DNA of 64,000 bases from Kofleriaceae bacterium. Lineage in GTDB: Bacteria > Myxococcota_A > Polyangia > Haliangiales > Haliangiaceae. The translations under genes were made by a program, and so were the position numbers. The notes under the pieces are model-generated. The model was not told where the DNA came from. It saw only the letters and a program-made list of their open reading frames with translations, and did not search any database. Location of the stretch: NCBI GenBank assembly GCA_965215005.1, contig CBDCCZ010000061.1, positions 123,055 to 187,054 on the forward strand, in the 5' to 3' direction. Positions within the stretch are counted from its first letter, which is position 1; each line of letters starts with the position of its first letter. Positions 46,601 through 55,921 of the stretch are shown here, piece by piece.

Positions 46601-48466
46601 TCACAGCGACACGTCGAGGCGGCGATCGGCACCGGCCCGCGTCAACAGATAGGCCAGAAGTCCCAACAGAACCACCGCAATCGCTATATTGGCGGCTGCG
46701 CCCAGCGAGGTGCCGACGGGTGAGACGCCAGCGGCTCCGACCAACCCCGCCACGGCAACCCCCGCAAGCCCTTCGCCGGCGACCAGGCCAGAGCCGAGCA
46801 ACACGCCGCCATCGATAGCAGGAACGCGACCGCGGCGGCGCCACTCGACCCACCCGCGCACGCAGCCGCCGACGAAGATCGGCAGCATCGCCGACAACGG
46901 CAAATACAAGCCGATGGCGAACGCCAAGCCACTGACGCCGGCGAGCATGGCGGCCACCGCGAGGCCAGCGCCGAGCAGCAGCTGCTGCCACGGCAAGGTT
47001 CCGTCGAGAGTGCCTTCGACCAACGTAGCGATTAGGGTTGCTTGCGGCGCCGGCAGCTCCGTGGACCCGAATTGGTAGGCACTGCCGAGAAACAACAGCG
47101 TGCCCGCCACCGCCCAACAAGAGGTCATCGCGCCGATGAACTGCCCGAGCTGTTGCCGCGCGGGCGTGGCGCCCACCAGCCGTCCGGTCTTGAGATCTTG
47201 CGAGGTATCGCCGGCGCTAGAGGCGGCAATCGCAACGATCGCGCCCACGCATAGCACCGCGACCTTGGCGCCAGGCATGGTCCATCCCGCGGCCGCGAAA
47301 ATGGCGCCAACCGCCAAGATAGTGACGATGGTGACGCCGGAGGTGGGCTGGGAGGAGGTGCCTACAATGCCGGCGATGCGGCTCATGACGGCCACGAAGA
47401 TGATCCCGCACACGCCGACCGCGGCGCCGGTGACCATCCGCTGCAGCGCCGATAGCTCGCCCGTCACCCCCGGAACGAACATCACCACCGCCACCACCGT
47501 CATGATGATGGCTACCACTACCCAGCCCGGCAAATCGCGGTCGATGCGCTCGCTGCTGCCGTGCTCGCCGGGGCGAAAGCTCGCGGCCACGGCGACAAAC
47601 GATTGCACCATCGCCGGCAGTCCGCGAATGACCGTGGCGATGCCCGCGGCGGTCACCGCGCCGGCGCCGATGTAACGGACATAGCTGGCCCACACCGCAT
47701 CTGCGTCCATGGCGGCAATCGGCATCGAACCTGGCGGCACGATTTCCTCGATGCGCGCGCCGAGCATGGTGATGAGCGGAATCAGGACCACGGCCGCGAG
47801 CAGGCTGCCGGCCACCAACACGCCCGATTGGCGATAGCCGAGAATGTAGCCAACGCCGATCAATGCCGGCGCCAGCTCGAGGCTGAGCATCGCATTGGGG
47901 AGCCCCGGAAGCGCCGCGCTCACGCTGCCCGGAACCCAGCCGGTGAGCTCGACGACGAGCTTGATGGCGACGCCTACGCCGAGCCCGATGCCGATCCATA
48001 CGCCGCCGCGAGCGCGGCTCTCGCCGTGCCCCGCCGACTGCAGCACCTCGGCGCAGGCCGTGCCTTCCGGATACGCCAGCTCATCGGCAGAACGGACGAT
48101 GAGCAGATGACGCAGGGGAATCATCGCCGCCACGCCGAGAAGACCGCCGAGCAGCGTGAGCACGACGACCTGCCCATAGGAGGGCGGCGTGCCCCAGAGA
48201 TACAACGCTGGCAGCGTGAAGATGGCGCCCGTGGCCAGCGACGTCGACGCCGAGCCGATGGTTTGCGATAGGTTGATCTCGAGCAAGCTGGCGCGGACGC
48301 GCAGCGCTCGCAGCACCGCCACGGTCATGATAGCGACCGGAATAGACGTCGAGACGGTCATGCCGACGCGCAGCCCGAGGTAGGCGTTGGCAGCGCCGAA
48401 CAAAATGCCGAATACCACGCCCGCAGCGATTGCCCGCGGCGTCCACTCTGCCGTCGACGGATTCAC
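46601..48466 (-). CDS. OPT/YSL-family oligopeptide transporter
   Basis: AANAYLGLRVGMTVSTSIP, LEINLSQTIGSA, YPEGTACAEVL, QDLKTGRLVGATP..QQ, APQATL, FAIGLYLP. Confidence 0.93.
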   Translation of the reverse strand: MNPSTAEWTPRAIAAGVVFGILFGAANAYLGLRVGMTVSTSIPVAIMTVAVLRALRVRASLLEINLSQTIGSASTSLATGAIFTLPALYLWGTPPSYGQVVVLTLLGGLLGVAAMIPLRHLLIVRSADELAYPEGTACAEVLQSAGHGESRARGGVWIGIGLGVGVAIKLVVELTGWVPGSVSAALPGLPNAMLSLELAPALIGVGYILGYRQSGVLVAGSLLAAVVLIPLITMLGARIEEIVPPGSMPIAAMDADAVWASYVRYIGAGAVTAAGIATVIRGLPAMVQSFVAVAASFRPGEHGSSERIDRDLPGWVVVAIIMTVVAVVMFVPGVTGELSALQRMVTGAAVGVCGIIFVAVMSRIAGIVGTSSQPTSGVTIVTILAVGAIFAAAGWTMPGAKVAVLCVGAIVAIAASSAGDTSQDLKTGRLVGATPARQQLGQFIGAMTSCWAVAGTLLFLGSAYQFGSTELPAPQATLIATLVEGTLDGTLPWQQLLLGAGLAVAAMLAGVSGLAFAIGLYLPLSAMLPIFVGGCVRGWVEWRRRGRVPAIDGGVLLGSGLVAGEGLAGVAVAGLVGAAGVSPVGTSLGAAANIAIAVVLLGLLAYLLTRAGADRRLDVSL

Positions 48467-49329
48467 GGCGCCGACGATGACACAGGCGGCACCGCGAAGC
48501 GCTCGCCGTTGGCCAGGATGTGCAGCGCAATGCCCCGAGCCGACCGTTTGCCGGCATTCTCGTGCATCGCCGCGGCCGTTGCATCGAAGATCATCAGCCA
48601 GCCATCGCCCACGGCTTGCACGGTGCCATCGGGGCGAAACCATGCTGCGGTGCCCTCATCGACACCGATCCCGATGTAGCCGGGATTCTCGAGCAGCACC
48701 GACAACAGCCGATTCTGCCGCCGTCGCGCGACAAAATGTTGATCGATGATGACGCTGTCGGGCGCCAGTCCCAAGCCGCGCGAGACGGCGATGTTGCCGC
48801 TCTTGAGGGTGTCGACGTCGCCGTCACCGGTGAGCATGATGTGGCTTTGACAAGCGGTGCCGGCGCTGGTGCCGCCAACCACGCCGCCGCGTTGCTTCAT
48901 CGCCACCAATGCCTCGAGAAGCGGCGTGCCGACGAGACGGCTGGTGATGCGGCGTTGATCGCCGCCGGAAAACCAGACGCCGGTGGCGCCGGCAACCGCA
49001 GCGATGTTGGTTGCGCGCAGCGCGTCGCGGCGGTCGTCGACGTGAACGACCTCTACCTTGCGCGCGCCGTACTTGCGCAATAGCTCGATGTAATACGCGC
49101 CGGTGTCGCGGCTATCGCCGCTGGCCAGGGGCATGATGACGAAGCGTCCCTCGGCGCCGCCGCCGAGCTCGACGAATAGCCGCATCGCGGCCTCGGGCTT
49201 GGCGCCGCCGCCGATGAGCACCAGGTGCCCGCCTGGCTGCCCGTGCTCGGAGGCAGGCGTTGCAGCGGTGCCCGTGGTTCCGCAACCGAGGACCAGCATC
49301 AGCGCTGCGAGATGCAGTCTAGCGATCAT
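48463..49329 (-). CDS. Cyanophycinase (peptidase S51), lipoprotein
   Basis: VLGC lipobox; LIGGG, GGDQ, GTSAG (Ser), IDQHFVARRRQNRL (His plus Arg cluster), GVDEGT (Glu). Confidence 0.88.
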   Translation of the reverse strand: MIARLHLAALMLVLGCGTTGTAATPASEHGQPGGHLVLIGGGAKPEAAMRLFVELGGGAEGRFVIMPLASGDSRDTGAYYIELLRKYGARKVEVVHVDDRRDALRATNIAAVAGATGVWFSGGDQRRITSRLVGTPLLEALVAMKQRGGVVGGTSAGTACQSHIMLTGDGDVDTLKSGNIAVSRGLGLAPDSVIIDQHFVARRRQNRLLSVLLENPGYIGIGVDEGTAAWFRPDGTVQAVGDGWLMIFDATAAAMHENAGKRSARGIALHILANGERFAVPPVSSSAP

Positions 49330-51655
49330 ATCGAACCCCCACGCGCAGCTCCAAGGGTCGCTCGAGTGCGCTCACGCTCTCAAAGAACCGGGCGCGCTCG
49401 CGAAACCCAATGATGGTATCGCTGTTGAGCAAGTTGCGGCCTTCGAGCCAAATACGCCAACGCCCGCCCGGCAGCGGCAAGTCACGCGCAATGCGTGCGT
49501 CGACGAGATGTCGACTGGGATAGCGATAGCCACCGCGGCCGGCTTCATCGAAGACGTACACCCGCGGCGCCACCGTTGGCGCAATGCGAACCACGCGCGA
49601 ATAATAGGCACCGGAACGGTAGCGATAGTCGACATCGAGGTCGAGCGCGAGCGGCGCCCGCCAGCTCGCGCCGAGGCGGCCATCGATCGCATCGTAGCCG
49701 GGCATGCGTCCGTCGCTGCGGATGGTGCCGCTGGGATCGCGCCACTCCATGGATAGATCCCCATCGCTATCGAGGTTGCCGCGGTCGCTGGTGAAGGCGA
49801 GCTCGCCACTAACGACGATTCGACTTCCGAGCTCGCCGCGCGCCTCGAGGACCGCGCGATGCACGCGCCGGCGCGCGCCCGGCGGATTGCCGAGGCGATA
49901 GCGCGGAGTCGCTCCGGCGCGCAAGTCGTAGAACTCGATGGTTTCTTCGGCGCCTTGCGGCGTGGTGAAGGTCTCCTGTCCAAGCTCGTACGAGCCTTCG
50001 GCATCGGCGCTGCTCGCCAGCGCGAAGCCGGCATCGTAAAGCCCGAGTAGGTGGCGATAGCGGCGGTATTCGTAGTGCAGCGACAGCTCGAGACCATGGT
50101 CGGGAAGACCGGTTGCGGCGCCCACGAGCAGCCGATCCACCGAGGGATGCTCGAGCTCGTCATCGACGCTGCCAACGAACGCAGCAAACTGCTGCCGGCG
50201 CGTCCACTCTTCGGCGGCTAGTGGCGGAACCGGTGCCGTCGGATCGCCGGTCCAGTCCCAGTATTCCAGCGGCGAGAATGCCGCGCCTTCTTTGGCGCGC
50301 ACGTACATGCTTGGCTCGAGATGACGATAGTGGCGCCCGAGCTGCCCAAACACGCGCGTTGCGTGGTTGCGACTGAGAGCGGCCGTCATTGCCAGCCGCG
50401 GTGCCAGCGTATTGGTGCGCCAGACCTCGGGACCACCGGCAAAGCGGCCGCGAAAGTGCTCGTAGCGCAGTCCTGGGGTCACGGTGACGCGATCGCCAAG
50501 CTCGACGTCGTCTTCGAGATACGCAGCGAAGCTGGCTTGCGCGAGCTTGGCGTGCAGCTCATCGCCGCGATCGCTGGAAAACAGCTCCCAACTGGCGCGC
50601 ACGTCTTCATCGATAGACCGCAGCGGCGTGCCGCTGGAGCCCTCGGCGGCGAGGTCTACGAACGTGAAGCCACCGTTGCGAGTCTCGTCTTCCTCGCGGC
50701 TCACGACCTCTCCGGCGATGCCGAGGGTGACGGTGTGGGCATCGGCCGCGGTCAAAACGCCATCGAGAAATCCCGAGAGGTGGGCATCGACGCGGTGCCG
50801 CCTGCTGCGGCGGCGCATGGTGAACGGATAGTTGCCCCAGCGTTCGTAGGTATCGAGGTTGTAGTGCCCCGGCTCGGCGACACCGCCAGCCGCCCGCCAG
50901 TCATCGCGCCCGCTCCACCAATCATAGGTGGCTGCCGCCTCGAGTCGCGGCGCGAGCTGGCGGCGCGCCGAAAGCACCGCCACCACATCATCGCGATAGC
51001 GCTGCCGAGCCGCGCTCGGCAAATACCACGACGACAACCCGGCGTTGTCGATGAACAGGCCGTCGTAGCGGGCGCCCGCGGTGACCTCGGTGACCGGATC
51101 CGGTGCCCAGCCGAGGTTGACGGTGTAGCGCGGCGCCACCGACTCTTCGGCGATGGCGGCGCCGAGCGCGCGCATCGACTCGCGCGCATCGACCGCCTGC
51201 ACGTAGTACCAGCCCTGCTGCGCCCCCAGGGGACCATTTGCGGCAGCGGTGGTGACGACGCCATAGCGGCGCGTGCCGCCGATGATGTCGACCGGCAATG
51301 TCGATGGATAGCGCGCAAGCAAATCTGCGGCGTCGACATTGTTGAACGTGAGCGCACCGCCGGTCACGACGCTTTGCACCGACAACCGGTGGACATCGCC
51401 ACCGCGCGGCAGCAGCCAAGTGGGCGAGTCGTAGCCGAGGCCAAACCCTTCGCTGCTGGGCCGGGTTGCAAGCTCCGTCGACCAGCCACGCGCGGCGGCG
51501 CCCGCATACCCGCCCACGTCGATGCCATCAGCAGGCTCGTGACGCCAAAGCCGCGAGTACGCAACCGTCGCCGATAGCGTGTCGAGCTCATAGCGGTCGG
51601 CGTGCGCCGGCAGCGCCCACGACACCGCCGCCGTCACCACCAGCGCGCGATGCAT
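49319..51655 (-). CDS. TonB-dependent receptor-like outer-membrane beta-barrel
   Basis: Signal AHA; 'AAYLEDDVEL..RVTVTPGLRYE', 'LAPRL', 'GRNLLN', C-terminal 'LRVGVRY'. Confidence 0.8.
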   Translation of the reverse strand: MHRALVVTAAVSWALPAHADRYELDTLSATVAYSRLWRHEPADGIDVGGYAGAAARGWSTELATRPSSEGFGLGYDSPTWLLPRGGDVHRLSVQSVVTGGALTFNNVDAADLLARYPSTLPVDIIGGTRRYGVVTTAAANGPLGAQQGWYYVQAVDARESMRALGAAIAEESVAPRYTVNLGWAPDPVTEVTAGARYDGLFIDNAGLSSWYLPSAARQRYRDDVVAVLSARRQLAPRLEAAATYDWWSGRDDWRAAGGVAEPGHYNLDTYERWGNYPFTMRRRSRRHRVDAHLSGFLDGVLTAADAHTVTLGIAGEVVSREEDETRNGGFTFVDLAAEGSSGTPLRSIDEDVRASWELFSSDRGDELHAKLAQASFAAYLEDDVELGDRVTVTPGLRYEHFRGRFAGGPEVWRTNTLAPRLAMTAALSRNHATRVFGQLGRHYRHLEPSMYVRAKEGAAFSPLEYWDWTGDPTAPVPPLAAEEWTRRQQFAAFVGSVDDELEHPSVDRLLVGAATGLPDHGLELSLHYEYRRYRHLLGLYDAGFALASSADAEGSYELGQETFTTPQGAEETIEFYDLRAGATPRYRLGNPPGARRRVHRAVLEARGELGSRIVVSGELAFTSDRGNLDSDGDLSMEWRDPSGTIRSDGRMPGYDAIDGRLGASWRAPLALDLDVDYRYRSGAYYSRVVRIAPTVAPRVYVFDEAGRGGYRYPSRHLVDARIARDLPLPGGRWRIWLEGRNLLNSDTIIGFRERARFFESVSALERPLELRVGVRYDR

Positions 51656-51657
51656 CG

Positions 51658-52815
51658 TTAGCGATCCCGCAGATAGCGCTCGAGGGCGAGCGCGTTCATC
51701 GCCGCTCGCTGGGCGATGGTGTCGATGAGCAGAAACTCCTGGTCGGTGTGCATGGCACCGCCTTCGGGACCGACGCCGTCAAGGCAAACCGCGCCGAAAC
51801 GGGCGACCTCGTTGATGTCCCCCACGCCGGCGGTTCCAACGCCGTCGATGCGCATCCCGAGCTCGGAACCCGCGGCGACGTAGTAGCCGAGCAGCCTTCG
51901 CGACGCCTCGCTGGCGTGCATCGGCACGGTCTCGACACCGCCGTCTATGGTGAGTTTGGCGCCGCTCTCAGCACCGATGGCGGCGGCAGCCGCCTGCATC
52001 TCGGCGGCGACGCGCTCCCCCGCGGCGAGCTCCTCGAAACGCCACTCGAGCTCGCATTCGGCATGATCGGGAACCGAGCCGAGGTTACGCGGCGCCGACG
52101 AAACCAACCCACCGGCCGACACGGTGACACCGCCGATGCGCTGCTCGAGCCCCTCGGCGGCGACGACCAAGCGACACAGCGCCGTGAAGGCGTTCACGGC
52201 GCTATCATGGTCGATGCCAGCGTGTCCGCTCTTGCCGCTAGCAATCACGCGGGCGGCGCCGTAGCCTCTGCGCGCCACCACCACGTCGCCGCTAGCACGC
52301 GCTGCCTCGAACGAGAGCGCCAGCGTTGCCCCAGGCGCCGCCGCGCGCACCACTTCGATACCGGTGGGCGAGCCAACCTCTTCGTCACTGACCACCAGCC
52401 ACCGCGCACGCATGGTGTCGAGCACACCGCGCGCCGCCAGCAGCCGCAGCGTGAGCAGCCCGCACACCAGACCGCCTTTCATGTCGGCAACGCCGGGACC
52501 GTGCCAGCGCTCCACCCCGCGCTGGAGCCGCTGAAAGGGGTGCTCGGGCGTAAAGACGGTATCGACGTGGCCCATCATCAGCACGGTCGGCCCTGCGCCG
52601 TCTCGCTCCGCCAGAAGGTGCGAACGGTCGCCAGCCGAGATCGACTGCACCGCAAATCCCAGCGCCTCGAGCGGCGGCGCGAGCAGCGCCAAGCACCGCG
52701 CAACTCCGGCGGTATGAGTTGCGTGGCTGTTGATGTCGACGAGCTCGGCGAGCAGCTCGAGGTGCACAGCAAGCTCCTCGCGCGCGGCGGCAAGCAGGGC
52801 TGCTGCGCTCGTCAT
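51658..52815 (-). CDS. M20-family metallopeptidase (glutamate carboxypeptidase-like)
   Basis: GHVDTVF, GPGVADMKGG, SDEEVGS, FE, GHAG, MHTDQE; no signal peptide. Confidence 0.9.
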   Translation of the reverse strand: MTSAAALLAAAREELAVHLELLAELVDINSHATHTAGVARCLALLAPPLEALGFAVQSISAGDRSHLLAERDGAGPTVLMMGHVDTVFTPEHPFQRLQRGVERWHGPGVADMKGGLVCGLLTLRLLAARGVLDTMRARWLVVSDEEVGSPTGIEVVRAAAPGATLALSFEAARASGDVVVARRGYGAARVIASGKSGHAGIDHDSAVNAFTALCRLVVAAEGLEQRIGGVTVSAGGLVSSAPRNLGSVPDHAECELEWRFEELAAGERVAAEMQAAAAAIGAESGAKLTIDGGVETVPMHASEASRRLLGYYVAAGSELGMRIDGVGTAGVGDINEVARFGAVCLDGVGPEGGAMHTDQEFLLIDTIAQRAAMNALALERYLRDR

Positions 52816-54326
52816 TAGCGAACCTCGACATCGGCGGCCGAGCGCGGCGCCAGCGCGCAGTAGGTCTCGCCGCAAAACACCACGCCGGTGATTGAGGCCA
52901 CGGCGTCGTCTTCCGAAGGAATACCATCGTAGAGCAAGGTATCGATGCGCATCGTTTCCGTGCCATCGCTGACTTCATACGTATAGGGATCGAGCATTGG
53001 ATCGCTCACCCGCACGTCTTCGATGCGAACCAGCGAGCTCTGATAGGGAGCCAGCTCAGTGCCAACAGCGACCATATCCGCCATGGGCGCTCGCATGCCG
53101 GTGGTGCGCAGCGCGGTGACGTCAATCGTGTGGCGGGTGCGTATTACGATATACACGCCGGTTACGTCGATGACGTCTCCCACCGCCACCGGCGAGGGCG
53201 GGGAGCGCTGATCGACCAGATACACGCCCGACGCGGGGCCGCCGCGCGGATCTTGCGCAAACATATCGACGTTGCCATTCGCGTCGCGGTCGAGCGCGGT
53301 CACCACCAGCCCTGCAAGGTCGAGCTCAGTGCCTTCAGGCACGTCGCCGGCGTGGAGGTCGGCGACGTCCACACGACTCGAGTCGCCCTCGAGATCCTCG
53401 GCGCCGCGCGGGGCGATCGCGTAGTGCAGCGCATCGGCCTCGTCGAGGAAGAGATAGAGCGGTCCAGCGAGGCGCGAGAGCTGCAGGCCCGCGCTCCGCG
53501 GTGGGTCGTATAGCAGCGTCTCGACCAACAACGTGACGCCGTCGGGCGCTGCTTGGGCGGCGACCGACCAGGTGTAGTCATCGATCATTGGCTGCGCGAC
53601 CACCACATCTTCAATAGCGATGAAGCTGCTGTCCCATACCGACGGATCCACCGCGGTGAGCTCGAGCGTGGTCGCTACGGGCGTTGCGCTGCCGACCACC
53701 TCGATGGTGTCGTACTCAATCGTGGTGCGCCCGGCGCGCTCAAGGTAGCTGCCCGCGATTCGCACCACGTCGCCAATGGCGGCGGGATCGACGCCCACTT
53801 GCGCCATCGTCAGCTCGCGAACATCGCGCAGGTAGATCCCACTCTTCTCGCCGCCGCCCTCGTCTTGCGCAAAGAGGTTGGTGTAGTCGCGATCGCGATC
53901 GAGCGCGTAGACCACCAGCTCGAGCTCGACACGGGTGCCTTCTGGCACCTGCCCGGCCTGCACCGCCGCCGCACTGGTCTCGACCAGGCCTTGTACGGTG
54001 ACCGCAACGCTGCCGCGCGCATCGCGATAGCTGCAGGCGATATCAGCCGTTCCCGGCCGCTCCGCCACGAAGGTGGCCTCGGCCAACGTTCCCGGCGGCA
54101 TCTGGCTATCGAGCTCGCAGGTTGCCGCGGCGGTCACGTCGTCCGATGAGCCATCACCGTGAATTGCGCGCACCACCAACCGCACCTCCTCCCCCACGGC
54201 GGGCTCGAGCGAATCGGGGCTGGTGATGCTCAGGGAGACGAGGCCGGCGTCACCGCCGCCTGCACAGCTCCCCCATATGCCGATCACGCAGCCAATAGCC
54301 CAGCTCACGGTCGCTGTTGGTTTCAC
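52815..54326 (-). CDS. Putative lipoprotein: Ig-like domain plus two tandem OB-fold-like modules
   Basis: Hydrophobic leader ending WGSC; 'GDGSSDDVTAAA' Ig-like motif; two ~180-200-aa repeats each with VPEGT, ALDRD, FAQD..GG..SG[I/V]YL, GDV, IEDV, TLLYD, APR.A.D. Confidence 0.72.
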   Translation of the reverse strand: MKPTATVSWAIGCVIGIWGSCAGGGDAGLVSLSITSPDSLEPAVGEEVRLVVRAIHGDGSSDDVTAAATCELDSQMPPGTLAEATFVAERPGTADIACSYRDARGSVAVTVQGLVETSAAAVQAGQVPEGTRVELELVVYALDRDRDYTNLFAQDEGGGEKSGIYLRDVRELTMAQVGVDPAAIGDVVRIAGSYLERAGRTTIEYDTIEVVGSATPVATTLELTAVDPSVWDSSFIAIEDVVVAQPMIDDYTWSVAAQAAPDGVTLLVETLLYDPPRSAGLQLSRLAGPLYLFLDEADALHYAIAPRGAEDLEGDSSRVDVADLHAGDVPEGTELDLAGLVVTALDRDANGNVDMFAQDPRGGPASGVYLVDQRSPPSPVAVGDVIDVTGVYIVIRTRHTIDVTALRTTGMRAPMADMVAVGTELAPYQSSLVRIEDVRVSDPMLDPYTYEVSDGTETMRIDTLLYDGIPSEDDAVASITGVVFCGETYCALAPRSAADVEVR

Positions 54327-54345
54327 CGCTATGGCGTAGCAATCA

Positions 54346-54391
54346 TGAAACTGTTCTTGCAAGAACAAAATTCTGAGAAAATTTTATTTCA
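54346..54391. promoter_or_regulatory. Candidate RpiR operator region
   Basis: AT-rich; TGAAA-N6-TTGCA (54346-54361), AGAAA-N6-TTTCA (54376-54391) and perfect palindrome TGTTCTTGCAAGAACA (54352-54367). Confidence 0.55.
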
Positions 54392-54467
54392 CCGACACCG
54401 CGATGCGCGGCCTCACTTCCACGGCAATGCACATGTTCCTCGCCGCGGCAGCCAGCGCGGCGTATCG

Positions 54468-55352
54468 CTACGAGTCGCCGGCCTCGATGACGTCGTCAGC
54501 GCCGGCCGCTTCGAGCGCGCGCAGCTGCGCAAGAGCGCGGCGTTTATCCGTGAGCGCCAAGTCGGTGACGATGGCGTTTACGAGCAACAGCGTCGCCGAG
54601 ATGTTGTTGGTGAACAGGAGATTTTCGCCGCGGGCATACAACGTGGCGTGGGCGTGCTCGCGCAGCGGCGATGCAACCCCGTCGGTGATTGCGACCACAG
54701 CCAGACCGCGGCTCCGCGCCTGACGTGCCGCCGCCACGGTTTCGCGGCTGTAGGGCGGAAACGCGAACGCCCATACCGCCGCGCGCGCCGGCAATAGCGC
54801 GACCTGCTCGGGAAGCGAGAGGGTCTCACGGGCGAGATAGGCGCTGCGAATCCCAACCTGGCTGAGCGAGTAGGCCGCCATGCGCGCGCAGATCGAGCTC
54901 ACGCCAAGGCCCATGGTGCCCACGTGCACAGCGCCGCGCAGGCGGCGGCAGAGCTGCGCGAGCGCCGCGCGATCCACTTCGTCGACCGCCGCCCGCAAGT
55001 TGCGCAGCTCCGCCTCGGCGACCTCTTCGAGAGTGCCCGATGACGGGCGAGGCGGGCGGGCGGCAAAGCGCCGCGCCGGACTGAGATCGGCTTTGGCTTC
55101 GCCAGTGAGCGCTGCGCGAAGCTCGAGATAGCCGCTGTAGCCCACCTGTTTGGCAAAGCGCACCACGGTGGCTTCAGAGACGTCGGCCGCGCGCGCAAGC
55201 TCGTGCACCGACAGCCCAAAGGCGGTCGCCTGATGGGCCAAAAGATACTGCGCCACGCGCCGCTGCTGCGCGCTGAGCTGCGCAAATGCCAGCTCGATAG
55301 CCTGCCTCACTGCCGATTTACTGCTGCGCAAGAGCTTTACTTTCTGCCGCAC
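54468..55352 (-). CDS. RpiR/MurR-family transcriptional regulator (HTH plus SIS)
   Basis: LSAQQRRVAQYLL, ELARAADVSEATVVRFAKQVGYSGYLELR, FPPYSRET, VAITD..SPL; start approximate. Confidence 0.92.
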   Translation of the reverse strand: MRQKVKLLRSSKSAVRQAIELAFAQLSAQQRRVAQYLLAHQATAFGLSVHELARAADVSEATVVRFAKQVGYSGYLELRAALTGEAKADLSPARRFAARPPRPSSGTLEEVAEAELRNLRAAVDEVDRAALAQLCRRLRGAVHVGTMGLGVSSICARMAAYSLSQVGIRSAYLARETLSLPEQVALLPARAAVWAFAFPPYSRETVAAARQARSRGLAVVAITDGVASPLREHAHATLYARGENLLFTNNISATLLLVNAIVTDLALTDKRRALAQLRALEAAGADDVIEAGDS

Positions 55353-55462
55353 ACCGCGACCGGCCGCCAGAATATCCCGTGCGTTTGGCGATCGTGAAAT
55401 CGCGGACGGCACTCTTCGTGGCGATTTGCCACACGAGCGGCTGGGAATTGCCGCGGCGGCGC

Positions 55463-55921
55463 ATGGTACGCCTAGCAAGCAGCGTGGACGCCCTCGAAGT
55501 CATCGTCGACGAAACCTCCTACCTGGTGCCGATGAGCCGGGTAGTCGAGGTGGCGCTGCGAGTTTCCATCGAGCCTGCGGCCGAGCTACATCCGCCGGTG
55601 CTCGGCTTCGTGCGCTTTCGCGGCCAGCCGGTGCCAGCCATCGATCTCCGTCGCTGCCTCGGCCACCCGCCGCGTCCACCCAAGCTTTCGGATCGCTTCG
55701 TGCTCGTGCGAGTGCGCGACCGGATCGTCGCCCTCATCGTCGATGAGACGTGCGGCTTGCGCTCGGTCTCAGAGCTGCGCGGCGTGCCGGTGAGCGCCAC
55801 GCACCTGGCTGGAGCCGCCCTCACCGACGAGGGCATTACGTACCTCGCCGAGCTCGATGCAGCGCTTTCACTCGAGGACGAAAAACGCATCGACGCAGCG
55901 CTGGCGGCCGAGGATCGATGA
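55463..55921 (+). CDS. cheW: CheW-like coupling protein
   Basis: VLGFVRFRGQPVPAIDLR, VALIVDE. Confidence 0.85.
   Translation: MVRLASSVDALEVIVDETSYLVPMSRVVEVALRVSIEPAAELHPPVLGFVRFRGQPVPAIDLRRCLGHPPRPPKLSDRFVLVRVRDRIVALIVDETCGLRSVSELRGVPVSATHLAGAALTDEGITYLAELDAALSLEDEKRIDAALAAEDR

Noticed and set aside
50321..52818. Long plus-strand ORFs (418 aa and 450 aa) opposite the receptor and M20 genes
   Set aside because: Typical antisense shadow ORFs of high-GC genes, with no motifs; the same applies to most short track ORFs.
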